Shown: in pieces, positions 48,056 through 58,203 of the stretch
Layout of the letters: each line of letters starts with the position of its first letter
How positions within the stretch are numbered: the first letter of the stretch is position 1
Virus record (IMG/VR): IMGVR_UViG_3300028027_000046
DNA: 64,000 nucleotides
Direction: 5' to 3' (one strand)
DNA from: an uncultured virus (IMG/VR IMGVR_UViG_3300028027_000046)
Taxonomy: Duplodnaviria; Heunggongvirae; Uroviricota; Caudoviricetes
Made by a program: the position numbers and the translations under genes
Notes under the pieces: model-generated
What the model was told of the DNA's origin: nothing
Database searches by the model: none
Seen by the model: the letters and a program-made list of their open reading frames with translations, nothing else

Positions 48056-49636
48056 ATGCAAGACAATAAAAGTTTACGCCAAATAATAAAGGAGGAATAT
48101 ATCAAATGTGCATCGAGTCCTGCATATTTCATGAAGAAATATTGCTATATCCAGCACCCAAAACGCGGACGTATACAATTCCAACTATACCCATTCCAGG
48201 AAAAGGTACTTACCCTATTCCAAGAAAATCCATACTCAATTGTACTTAAATCAAGACAGTTAGGTATATCTACCCTAGCATCTGGATACTCAGTATGGTT
48301 AATGCTATTCCATCAAGACAAAAATATACTTTGTATTGCCACTAAACAGGACACTGCAAAGAACATCGTAACCAAGGTGAAATTCATGTACGACAATTTA
48401 CCTACCTGGCTACGCGAAAAAGACAAACCCATTGAGGACAATAAACTTACATTACGTCTTAACAACGGTTCACAAATTAAAGCAACCTCTGCATCATCCG
48501 ATGCTGGTCGATCCGAAGCAGTATCTTTGCTGCTAATTGACGAGGCTGCATTCATTAACAACATCGGCGAGATATGGGCATCAGCTCAACAAACCTTAGC
48601 AACTGGTGGGGGCTGCATCGCATTATCCACTCCATACGGTACAGGTAATTGGTTCCATCAAACATGGTTAGGCGCTGAAATGGGTGACAATTCATTCCTA
48701 CCCATCAAATTACCGTGGAGTGTTCACCCTGAACGAGACCAGTCATGGCGCGATAGACAAGATGCGGATTTAGGTCCACGAATGGCGGCACAGGAATGTG
48801 ATTGCGATTTCTCCACATCCGGTGACACTGTATTCACACCTGAGGACTTAGAGTTTTATTCCAAAACATATATCCGCGAACCACTAGAAAAACGTGGTGT
48901 CGACCAAAACCTGTGGATATGGGAACCAGCTGACTATTCCCGTAACTACATGGTAGCAGCTGACGTTGCCCGTGGTGATGGTAAGGATTTCTCCACATTC
49001 CATATATTTGACGTTGAAACATTCAAACAAGTGGGTGAATATAGAGGTCAGTTAACCACAACTGAATTCGGACATTTACTAGTTGGTATAGCAACCGAAT
49101 ACAACAATGCATTACTAGCTGTAGAGAACGCATCCATTGGTTGGTCAACCATCCAAACCATAATTGATCGTGGATATCCAAATTTATACTACACACCAAA
49201 GGGATCTGCAGTTAATTCATATTTCGACCCAGTAATGGATACAAGTAAAATGGTTGCTGGATTTAATTTAAATCAACAGAATCGCCCAGTAGCCATAGGA
49301 AAGTTCCAAGAAGCTATGAGGGAACGAAGTGCTGTCGTATATTCATCTAGGTTATTTGAGGAAATGAAGGTATTCGTTTGGAAAAATGGCCGCGCTGAGG
49401 CACAAACCGGATACAACGATGACCTAGTAATGGCATTTTCAATTGGTTGTTATTTAAGAGACACATCATTTAAAATGCGACAACAAGGAATGGACATGTC
49501 CCGAAGCATATTAAACAGCATAAACACAACCACAAACCCATATGCAGGTGGATACATGAACGGTTCAAACCAAAACCAATTTAGTATACCAAACCCATAC
49601 GGAAACGGTAGCGAGGACATATCCTGGCTACTTTAA
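48056..49636 (+). CDS. terL: terminase large subunit (T4 gp17-like)
   Basis: KSRQLGIST, LLLIDEAAF, STPYG, ADVARG, NDDLVMA. Confidence 0.96.
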   Translation: MQDNKSLRQIIKEEYIKCASSPAYFMKKYCYIQHPKRGRIQFQLYPFQEKVLTLFQENPYSIVLKSRQLGISTLASGYSVWLMLFHQDKNILCIATKQDTAKNIVTKVKFMYDNLPTWLREKDKPIEDNKLTLRLNNGSQIKATSASSDAGRSEAVSLLLIDEAAFINNIGEIWASAQQTLATGGGCIALSTPYGTGNWFHQTWLGAEMGDNSFLPIKLPWSVHPERDQSWRDRQDADLGPRMAAQECDCDFSTSGDTVFTPEDLEFYSKTYIREPLEKRGVDQNLWIWEPADYSRNYMVAADVARGDGKDFSTFHIFDVETFKQVGEYRGQLTTTEFGHLLVGIATEYNNALLAVENASIGWSTIQTIIDRGYPNLYYTPKGSAVNSYFDPVMDTSKMVAGFNLNQQNRPVAIGKFQEAMRERSAVVYSSRLFEEMKVFVWKNGRAEAQTGYNDDLVMAFSIGCYLRDTSFKMRQQGMDMSRSILNSINTTTNPYAGGYMNGSNQNQFSIPNPYGNGSEDISWLL

Positions 49637-49657
49637 TAAACATAATTAAAACTATAT

Positions 49658-51556
49658 ATGGCTAACACAAATTTACTACCCCGATTAAAACGATTATTTT
49701 CTACCGATGTCATCATCCGTAATGACGGCGGTGTAGGGTTAAAAGTAATGGACGTTAATAAAATCCAGCAATCCGGTAAATACGAAACCAATTCACTAGT
49801 GGATCGATTCAGTAGGATATGGACCAACACCCATACATCAATATATGGTTATCAAAGTAGTTTTAACTACCAAACATTGCGTCCTACATTGTACTCTGAG
49901 TACGATGCAATGGATACAGACGCTATCGTAGCATCAGCACTGGATATTATTGCGGATGAAAGTACATTAAAAAACGACATGGGCGAAATATTGCAGATCC
50001 GTAGCCCAGACGAAGACATACAAAAAATACTGTACAATTTATTCTACGACGTTTTAAACGTTGAATTTAATTTATGGCCATGGGTTAGAGGTATGTGCAA
50101 ATACGGTGACTTTTTCCTTAAACTAGAAATATCTGAAAAATTCGGTGTATACAACGTAATACCATTTAACGCATTCCACATTGAAAGACAAGACGGATAC
50201 GATTCAGACAACCCATCCGGAGTACGTTACAAATTCCAACCAGATGGCGTTTCCTCACCATCTAACTATGGCTACTACAATGTACCTAATTCAGCTAATC
50301 AAGCAAACGAGGTATATTTTGATAACTACGAAATGGCCCATTTCCGCCTATTAACCGATACTAACTTCTTACCTTACGGTAGATCGTATTTGGAACCAGG
50401 CCGTAAATTATTCAAGCAATATACAATGATGGAGGATGCTATGTTGATTCACCGTATTGTAAGAGCACCTGAAAAACGTATATTCTACATTAATGTAGGA
50501 AATATTGCTCCTGCCGAAGTGGAAAACTTCATGCAGAAGACCATTTCAAAAATGAAACGTACCCCGTACATTGACCAACAAACGGGTGACTACAACTTGA
50601 AATACAACATGCAAAACCTACTTGAGGACTTCTACATCCCAGTACGTGGTAATGACCAAGCAACAAAAATCGACACTACTAAAGGTTTAGACTATGCTGG
50701 AATAGAGGATGTATCGTACCTACGTGACAAATTATTTGCTGCGTTAAAGGTGCCGAAAGCATTCATGGGTTACGAGAAAGATTTAACTGGTAAAGCAACA
50801 TTAGCCGCTGAAGATATTCGTTTTGCACGTACAATTTCACGTATACAAAGCATCATGGTATCCGAATTAACTAAAATTGCTTTAGTACATTTATATTCAC
50901 AAGGGTATACTGACGAGAACTTAACCAATTTCGAATTATCATTAACCAACCCATCAATCATATTTGAACAAGAGAAAATCGCATTACTTAAGGAAAAAGT
51001 AGAGTTAGCTAATTCAATGATGGAGAATAAATTACTCCCATCTGATTTCATCTACGAACATATATTCCAGTTCAGTGAAGATAAATTTGATGAGTACAAA
51101 GACTTGATAATGCAAGATGCTAAGCGTAAATTCAGACTAGCACAAATTGAGAACGAAGGAAACGATCCACTTGAAACTGGCAAGTCATATGGTACACCAC
51201 ACGATTTAGCATCGTTATATGGTAGAGGTAGATATGAAGATACGCAACTACCTGATGGATACGACGAGAAAAATCCACTTGGACGCCCTGAAGAAAAAGT
51301 AACCAACCGCAATACACAAGACAGCCCATTTGGTAAAGATTTACTTGGCGCTATGGGTATGAAAAAAGACAACGACGAATCAGATTCAATTAAACCTACA
51401 TACAAAGGTGGATCTCCGTTAGCACTTGAATCAAAAAAGACACCAAAACGTAACGCTGATTTACTTAACCAAATCAACAAAAACAAAAAACGCATCATAT
51501 TCGAGTCGGATGTCAACGGGAATTCGCTACTAGATGAATCACAAATACGAGAGTAA
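49658..51556 (+). CDS. portal protein (T4 gp20-like)
   Basis: MEDAMLIHRIVRAPEKRIFYINVGN, LEDFYIP, LFAALKVPK. Confidence 0.95.
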   Translation: MANTNLLPRLKRLFSTDVIIRNDGGVGLKVMDVNKIQQSGKYETNSLVDRFSRIWTNTHTSIYGYQSSFNYQTLRPTLYSEYDAMDTDAIVASALDIIADESTLKNDMGEILQIRSPDEDIQKILYNLFYDVLNVEFNLWPWVRGMCKYGDFFLKLEISEKFGVYNVIPFNAFHIERQDGYDSDNPSGVRYKFQPDGVSSPSNYGYYNVPNSANQANEVYFDNYEMAHFRLLTDTNFLPYGRSYLEPGRKLFKQYTMMEDAMLIHRIVRAPEKRIFYINVGNIAPAEVENFMQKTISKMKRTPYIDQQTGDYNLKYNMQNLLEDFYIPVRGNDQATKIDTTKGLDYAGIEDVSYLRDKLFAALKVPKAFMGYEKDLTGKATLAAEDIRFARTISRIQSIMVSELTKIALVHLYSQGYTDENLTNFELSLTNPSIIFEQEKIALLKEKVELANSMMENKLLPSDFIYEHIFQFSEDKFDEYKDLIMQDAKRKFRLAQIENEGNDPLETGKSYGTPHDLASLYGRGRYEDTQLPDGYDEKNPLGRPEEKVTNRNTQDSPFGKDLLGAMGMKKDNDESDSIKPTYKGGSPLALESKKTPKRNADLLNQINKNKKRIIFESDVNGNSLLDESQIRE

Positions 51557-51596
51557 CACCTCTCCATATATTTATAATTAAACTAAACTATATAGA

Positions 51597-52460
51597 ATGA
51601 ATCTCATAAAACATTCGAAGTATAAAAATACGGGAATATTATTTGAACTATTGGTCCGTCAAATTACATCTGACACATTAGATGGTAAGGATTCACCAGT
51701 GAAAGGCCTACTAAAAAAATATTTCGTAAAAACCGAGTTAGGGCGTGAGTATAAACTATATGAAACGTTATTGAAAAAGACATCATTAACGGAAACCAAA
51801 GCAAATATAGTAGTAAATACATTAGCTGAGTCATCTACATCGTTAAATCGTGGTGCTATCAAACGCCAAAAATACAATTTAATTAAGGAAATCAAGGAAC
51901 ACTACGATTTAGAAAAATTCTTCAACCACAAATTACCTAACTACAAAGTATTTGCTGCATTCTACACATTACTAGAAACATATAATACACCACCATTATC
52001 AGTTGATCCTGAACAGATAATTAACAACAAAGTAACTATACTTGAACATTTAACGGCGGCACCAATTACTGAGAAAAAAGTAAAAGACGACGTAATGGAT
52101 GCGTTTATTGGTTCGGATAAAGATGTACGTTTATTAGCATATAGAATGTCATTGGATAAATTCAATAGTAAATACAACAATTTCGATTCCAACCAAAAAG
52201 CAGTACTTAAAGAATATATTAATTCAGTAGACAACAGTACACGTTTACGTGAATTTTACATTGACAAAACAAACGAAATCAAAACTCAACTAGTTGAAAT
52301 TAACCAACTTACTAAAAACCCAGTAACCAAAATCAAAATTGACGAAATAATCAATATGATTACTGTACCTAGTAAGACACACAAAATCAAAGACAACAAT
52401 ATAGTTGACCTGTTGCAATATTACGATTTAGTAAAAGAACTGGAACATGCTAACAGATAG
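51597..52460 (+). CDS. head-morphogenesis hypothetical protein
   Basis: KHSKYKNTGILFELLVRQ; between portal and protease. Confidence 0.65.
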   Translation: MNLIKHSKYKNTGILFELLVRQITSDTLDGKDSPVKGLLKKYFVKTELGREYKLYETLLKKTSLTETKANIVVNTLAESSTSLNRGAIKRQKYNLIKEIKEHYDLEKFFNHKLPNYKVFAAFYTLLETYNTPPLSVDPEQIINNKVTILEHLTAAPITEKKVKDDVMDAFIGSDKDVRLLAYRMSLDKFNSKYNNFDSNQKAVLKEYINSVDNSTRLREFYIDKTNEIKTQLVEINQLTKNPVTKIKIDEIINMITVPSKTHKIKDNNIVDLLQYYDLVKELEHANR

Positions 52461-52908
52461 AATACGCGAGATAGTTAAAGCTAAACTAAAAGAAACTAGT
52501 GCCACCTCACAGGGTGGTGCCTCATTTTCACCCGGTGCCGGTGAGCAATACGCTACACCTAAAGCATTTAACAAAAACAAAAACGCAAAAGGCGAAGCAA
52601 CTAAATACTACTACAAATTGGGATATAAGCCAGTACCGGATAAAATCAAGGGATCTGGTTTGGAAGTAAAACAGTTATTTGAAACTGAACCTATCAACGA
52701 AACCAGCGACTTCCAACGCGAGCGCATAGCTGCGTTCGACGACATAGAAACGCGTTTAAACGCGCTACATCCACTTGTATCCAACGCAAAAAATGAAACC
52801 GCAGAATACTACAATGAACATCCCGGATCATACGACATATATAAACCAACCGAAATGATTTTAAGTTACCTTAAAAACATTGAACAACTATTAACTGCAC
52901 CAAAATGA
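52447..52908 (+). CDS. putative prohead core protein
   Basis: IREIVKAKLKE leader; context. Confidence 0.6.
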   Translation: MLTDRIREIVKAKLKETSATSQGGASFSPGAGEQYATPKAFNKNKNAKGEATKYYYKLGYKPVPDKIKGSGLEVKQLFETEPINETSDFQRERIAAFDDIETRLNALHPLVSNAKNETAEYYNEHPGSYDIYKPTEMILSYLKNIEQLLTAPK

Positions 52909-54470
52909 AAAAAACACTACAAGACCAATACTTATTACTTAAGGAAGGAAAAGGACACAAAGGTGTATTCTTAACTGAAGCAAAACGTCAATTCCCAAAC
53001 CTTATCCCTGTTAATGCTGATGTTGAATTAACTACACGCATATTAAAAGACAAAAATGTCATTAGCGAAAATATAGTTGGTTTACAAGCAATCAACCAAA
53101 TGATTCCTACTAAAAAAGAGTCATTTGAAACTGCATTTGAATCGTTCTTGAAAGAAGCAAAGAAAAAAGAAGCGACTGACAAAGCCGAAGCAAAAACCGT
53201 ATCCAAATCCGTTGAAGACAAGCAAGAACACGCGCATGACAACGCAGACGAGAAAAACATCGACAACGTTATATTTGACCAAGTAATGATGGGTTACTAC
53301 GCGGAAATGAAAGACCCTAAAAACGCGGACAAAACAATGGAGGAATTAAAAGCCATTGTACTTAAAAACCTACAAAAAGATCCTATCCACTATACTAAAG
53401 AAGGACAATTCGGCGTTAAAGAATTAGGTTACACAACTGAACATCCAGGTTTAGGTACACCAAAAGAAGTAAAAGGAAAATATGCATCTGGCGGTATGGA
53501 ACCAGTTAAGTTAAATGAGTCAATGGATGAAGCATACCAAATGACTAATGTTAATGTTCACAATACAAAAACAGGAGGGAAAATATTCGTACCAGAAAAA
53601 TTACCAATATTACCAATAATCATTAAACGATTTGGTGAACATATGGTATTTGATGCTGCTAATAATATAATGTATATTTCTGCTATATTGTATAACAACC
53701 TAATAAAAGGATATGCAGATCAACCAGCAATTAAAAAACTAATAATGGACATACCACCAATGGTTAAACAATTGCTAAACAAAACACAAAACTATGGTAA
53801 ACCTAAAACGTTGGATGGTTATAAATTTAAACAATATTTCCCATTTGCGGGTGATGTAGAAATAGCTGAAGACGATAAATTCAATAAAGACGGTACTAAA
53901 AAATACTATTCAAAAGGTAATTACCTATTCCAAAACCTAAACAAACAAAACGCCCTAGAAGAAGATATGTCAATCAACGAATCAAAGTTACGCGGAATCA
54001 TTCGCTCAATCATCGCTGAAGAAATGAGCAAAACACCATTAAACGAAAATATCCACAAACGTTTAAAAGAAATTGACGGTGAAGTAGCAAACGAAGTAAT
54101 CCAGTCTAAACTTAACAAAGTACAGGAAGAAATCGAAAAACGTACAAACCAATTAAACATGATTGACGAGAACGAAGACTTGAAAGACTTAACAGACGGT
54201 AAGAAAATTAAAGCACTTCAGAAAGAAATCAAGTTACTAGAAAAAGCGAAAGCAAAACTTGAAAAATCCATGAAGGGCAAGAAAAAAGAAGTACTTGACG
54301 AAACTGAAAACGTAGACGAAGCATCACCAGAATACATGGCTGCTAAGCAAGACGCTGAAGATCGTTACAATGAAGGAGAAGATATCGACTCAATCATAGC
54401 TGACTACCCTCAATTCAAACGCGAATTATACAATGATATAATTGGTGGATTTGAAGGAATGGATTACTAA
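52905..54470 (+). CDS. multi-module putative prohead core/internal protein
   Basis: many (L/I)xE sites; NLQKDPIHYT module; coiled coil. Confidence 0.6.
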   Translation: MKKTLQDQYLLLKEGKGHKGVFLTEAKRQFPNLIPVNADVELTTRILKDKNVISENIVGLQAINQMIPTKKESFETAFESFLKEAKKKEATDKAEAKTVSKSVEDKQEHAHDNADEKNIDNVIFDQVMMGYYAEMKDPKNADKTMEELKAIVLKNLQKDPIHYTKEGQFGVKELGYTTEHPGLGTPKEVKGKYASGGMEPVKLNESMDEAYQMTNVNVHNTKTGGKIFVPEKLPILPIIIKRFGEHMVFDAANNIMYISAILYNNLIKGYADQPAIKKLIMDIPPMVKQLLNKTQNYGKPKTLDGYKFKQYFPFAGDVEIAEDDKFNKDGTKKYYSKGNYLFQNLNKQNALEEDMSINESKLRGIIRSIIAEEMSKTPLNENIHKRLKEIDGEVANEVIQSKLNKVQEEIEKRTNQLNMIDENEDLKDLTDGKKIKALQKEIKLLEKAKAKLEKSMKGKKKEVLDETENVDEASPEYMAAKQDAEDRYNEGEDIDSIIADYPQFKRELYNDIIGGFEGMDY

Positions 54471-54487
54471 AAAACACATTTATACCC

Positions 54488-55120
54488 ATGAACAAACAAT
54501 TATTAATTGAAACACGATACTTTAACCCATCACCTGTCCGTCTAGTAGAAGGGCAGGGAAATGGTGGTAATGTATTTGTAGAAGGTATATTAGCAACCGT
54601 TGAAGTAAAAAACGGAAACGGTCGTTATTACCCACGCGAGTTATGGGAACGTGAAATTGATAAATTCTCACAAAAAATCAACCAACGCTCAACTGAAACA
54701 TGTGGTGAATTAGACCACCCAGATTCACAAATCATTAACCTCCAAAATTCATCTCACGCCATACGTAAAATTTGGTGGGATGGTGATAAAATCATGGGAT
54801 TAATAGAGATATTCTCGGACATGGGTGAAAAAGGAACAAACGCAGGTCGTATAGCTGGAGCATTAGTTAAAAACGGACTGAATATTGGTGTATCATCTCG
54901 CGGCATGGGTTCACTTAAACAAGTAGGTGAAATCATGGAAGTACAAAACGACTTTGAACTATTGACATGGGACATAGTATCTAACCCATCCAACCCTAAC
55001 TCATGGATGACCCCAACATCACTAAATGAATCCAGAACTACTACACTGGATTCATATAACAAAGTTAATTCATTAATTACCGAAATAATGTGTGCTAAAG
55101 GCACATGCCCTATATTTTAA
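54488..55120 (+). CDS. prohead protease (T4 gp21-like)
   Basis: NGNGRYYP, GELDHP, GVSSRGMGSL, WDIVSNPS. Confidence 0.95.
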   Translation: MNKQLLIETRYFNPSPVRLVEGQGNGGNVFVEGILATVEVKNGNGRYYPRELWEREIDKFSQKINQRSTETCGELDHPDSQIINLQNSSHAIRKIWWDGDKIMGLIEIFSDMGEKGTNAGRIAGALVKNGLNIGVSSRGMGSLKQVGEIMEVQNDFELLTWDIVSNPSNPNSWMTPTSLNESRTTTLDSYNKVNSLITEIMCAKGTCPIF

Positions 55121-55152
55121 AAATATTTAAGATTGCAAACCGGTCAAAAATC

Positions 55153-55178
55153 GCTCCCTATTGTGGGGGCTTTTTTTG
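55153..55178 (+). terminator. intrinsic terminator
   Basis: GCTCCC-TATTGT-GGGGGC plus T7. Confidence 0.75.
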
Positions 55179-55321
55179 TCCTCTGCGACTTTAATTATCT
55201 CCATACATACGTATACTCCGAATATGCCATCCCCTCAATATATTATATGGCATCCAATTAATTTATATTCTATTACGTTTCAAATAAACGTACTTTCCCA
55301 ACAAAACATAATTTAGGAAAA

Positions 55322-56350
55322 ATGGCAACAAACAGAGACATGCTTGCAGAAGCAATCGCTGACGCTAAAGCAGTAAAAGACATGGCTATAGCTAACGCAA
55401 AAGCAGCTCTGGAAGAAGCATTCACACCTCAACTAAAATCTATGTTATCGTTAAAACTTCAAGAAATGGCTGACGAATATACGTCAGAAGAATCAGTAGA
55501 AGAAATGTACGATGAAGTAGAAGAAGGATTTGGTGAATTCGATACCCCTGAAAACACAGGATTCGGCGAAATGGGTAAAAAAGCCCTTGACGAAGAAGAT
55601 ATCGACTTAGAAGAGCTACTTGCAGAGATTGAATTAGAAGAAGAAATCGACGAAACTTTAAACGAAGCTGAAGAAGCTGGTGAATCTGAAGAAGAGGAAG
55701 CAGGTGAAGAAGAAGAGGAAGAAGGCGAGCCGATGAAATTAGAAGACATGACTGATGAAGATTTAAAAGCAATGATCGAAGACGTAATCGCGGATATGGT
55801 TAAAGCTGGAGAATTAGAAGCAGGACATGAAGAAGGTGAAGGTGAAGAAGGCGATGAAGAAATCGACATGGAAATGGACGGTGAAGAAGAAGACGTAGAC
55901 TTAGCTGAATTGTTACGCGAAATTGAAGAAGATACAGTTATGGAAACAACAGCAACAACTACAGAAACAACAACAGTAGACACTACAGCATTAACTACAG
56001 AATTAGAAAATGCATATACTACAATCAACACGTTACGTTCAGAACTAAACGAAATCAACTTACTAAACGCTAAGTTACTTTACACTAACAAAATATTCAA
56101 AGCTAAAACTTTGAACGAAGAACAAAAAGTAAAAGTGTTAAGTTCATTTGACAAAGCTACTACAGTTAAAGAAGTAAAATTGGTTTATTCAACTTTAAAC
56201 GAGGGATTAAAAGTTAAAAATACACCAATTCGCGAAAACTTAGGTAGAGCATCAAAAGCAACAAATACACCAGTTGTAAACACTAAACAGCCAATCGTAG
56301 AATCAAACGCAGTGTTTGACAGAATGCGTAAATTGGCTGGATTAATTTAA
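55322..56350 (+). CDS. prohead scaffold protein (gp22-like)
   Basis: highly acidic coiled coil between protease and MCP; C-terminal RMRKLAGLI. Confidence 0.85.
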   Translation: MATNRDMLAEAIADAKAVKDMAIANAKAALEEAFTPQLKSMLSLKLQEMADEYTSEESVEEMYDEVEEGFGEFDTPENTGFGEMGKKALDEEDIDLEELLAEIELEEEIDETLNEAEEAGESEEEEAGEEEEEEGEPMKLEDMTDEDLKAMIEDVIADMVKAGELEAGHEEGEGEEGDEEIDMEMDGEEEDVDLAELLREIEEDTVMETTATTTETTTVDTTALTTELENAYTTINTLRSELNEINLLNAKLLYTNKIFKAKTLNEEQKVKVLSSFDKATTVKEVKLVYSTLNEGLKVKNTPIRENLGRASKATNTPVVNTKQPIVESNAVFDRMRKLAGLI

Positions 56351-56370
56351 TTTAAACTTAAAACAAACAA

Positions 56371-58038
56371 ATGTCAACAATTAACGAATTATTAGAAAGC
56401 TCAGCTGCAGGTTGGAAAAACTTGCAAAGCGATGCAGCCAGAATGGCTACAAAATGGGGAAAAACAGGCCTATTAGAAGGTGTTAACTCAGAAATTGAGA
56501 AAAACAACATGGCAATGATCCTTGAAAACCAAGCTAAGCAATTAGTTATGGAATCTAACAACACAAACCAAGGTGGTGCTACATTTTCAGTAGGACAAGG
56601 CGAGCAATGGGCAGGAGTAGCTTTACCATTAGTACGTAAAGTATTCGGTTCTTTATCAACTAAAGAATTTATGTCTGTCCAACCAATGAACTTACCTTCA
56701 GGTCTAGTTTTCTTCTTGGATTTCGCATTCGGTCAAAACAAGAAATTGAATTTCGGACCAGCAGGTGATATCTACGGAACAGGTTCATTATACGGTGTTA
56801 CTAACCCAGGTGCTGCAAACGATCCAAATGGTGGTTTATACGGTGCTGGACGTTTTGGTTACACAATCAACCAATTCTCAGCATCTGCTACAACTACAGT
56901 TGCTACTGCATCTTGGGCGGACGTTAACTATGCTGCTGAATTGTCTGCATCTGTTGCTGCTGGAGCATATACGAAAGTATCTGTTGCTGCATCTGCATTA
57001 ACTCGTCCTGACTTGAAAGGTGTTAGAGCATTTACATTAGCTTCTGGATCAACTTTGACTCCAAACACAAACGCTAAAGTATTACCTCAATTCACTAAAA
57101 CAGACGGAACAAACGTATCATTCATCTATGTAGGTGCTGTTGCTTCTGCTGACGTTCCTGCTGCAGGTGCTGGAAACGTTGTATGGTACAACCAACAACC
57201 AGTTGATAACAACAGAGGTGATTTCGAAGATGCATCAGGTGCTGGATACGCAAACGCAGGATCTACAGCAGCTGATCAATTAGCTATCCCATCTATCGAT
57301 ATCAAATTGAAATCAGAAGCTATTGTTGCTAAAACACGTAAGTTAAAAGCACAATGGACTCCAGAGTTCGCACAAGATTTGAACGCTTACCAATCATTGG
57401 ATGCTGAAGCAGAATTAACATCAATCATGTCTGAGTACATCGCATTAGAAATCGATTTAGAAAACTTAGATATGTTGATCCAAGACGCTTCTGCAGCAGA
57501 TGAGTACTGGTCAGCAGTAAACAACAAGTCATTAAATTCAGCTAAAACTGGATATGATAACTTAGGTTTCTACAATACACAAGGACAATGGTTCCAAACT
57601 TTAGGAACTAAATTCCAAAAAGTATCTAACAAAATTCACCAAAAGACATTAAGAGGTGGTGCTAACTTCATGGTATGTTCTCCAGCTGTAGCAACAATCC
57701 TTGAGTCTATCCCAGGATTTGCTTCATCTTCTGATGGTGATGTAACTAAAGCAAGCTACGCTTTTGGTATCCAAAAAGCAGGTAACTTGAACAACCGTTA
57801 CACAGTATACAAAAACCCATATATGACTGAAAACGTTATCTTAATGGGATACAGAGGTGCTCAATTCTTGGAAACAGGAGCTGTATTTGCGCCTTACGTT
57901 CCATTAATCATGACGCCACTTGTATATGATCCTGAAACATTCACACCAAGAAAAGGTCTATTGACTCGCTACGCGAAAAAGATGATAAGACCGGAATTTT
58001 ATGGAAGAGTGTTTGTTTCTGACTTAGCAAGCATCTAA
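56371..58038 (+). CDS. major capsid protein (T4 gp23-like)
   Basis: VQPMNLPSGLVF, AKTRKLKAQWT.E.AQDL.AY, APYVPL, PRKGLLTRY. Confidence 0.97.
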   Translation: MSTINELLESSAAGWKNLQSDAARMATKWGKTGLLEGVNSEIEKNNMAMILENQAKQLVMESNNTNQGGATFSVGQGEQWAGVALPLVRKVFGSLSTKEFMSVQPMNLPSGLVFFLDFAFGQNKKLNFGPAGDIYGTGSLYGVTNPGAANDPNGGLYGAGRFGYTINQFSASATTTVATASWADVNYAAELSASVAAGAYTKVSVAASALTRPDLKGVRAFTLASGSTLTPNTNAKVLPQFTKTDGTNVSFIYVGAVASADVPAAGAGNVVWYNQQPVDNNRGDFEDASGAGYANAGSTAADQLAIPSIDIKLKSEAIVAKTRKLKAQWTPEFAQDLNAYQSLDAEAELTSIMSEYIALEIDLENLDMLIQDASAADEYWSAVNNKSLNSAKTGYDNLGFYNTQGQWFQTLGTKFQKVSNKIHQKTLRGGANFMVCSPAVATILESIPGFASSSDGDVTKASYAFGIQKAGNLNNRYTVYKNPYMTENVILMGYRGAQFLETGAVFAPYVPLIMTPLVYDPETFTPRKGLLTRYAKKMIRPEFYGRVFVSDLASI

Positions 58039-58069
58039 TCGCGCGTAAAATCGCAGATTTCACGCTAAA

Positions 58070-58100
58070 AAGGGCGCCGGTTTCGGCGCCCTTCTTTTTT
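58070..58100 (+). terminator. intrinsic terminator after MCP
   Basis: AAGGGCGCCG-GTTT-CGGCGCCCTT plus T-tract. Confidence 0.9.
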
Positions 58101-58203
58101 CCCATTACCCTTTACCCACACATATAATCACTTATTTTCCCCTTATGCTTGTCCCCCCTATGTTCCTTTAGTATATTTATACCGGAACATAAGGTACATT
58201 AAT

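Noticed and set aside
39558..56058. Long minus-strand ORFs (39558-40316, 46604-47464, 55459-56058 and others)
   Set aside because: Antisense shadows of strongly biased + strand genes, S/F/L-rich, with no motifs or promoters.
48056..58038. Inteins or introns in terminase, portal or MCP
   Set aside because: ORFs are continuous and of expected length, with no intein or LAGLIDADG motifs.
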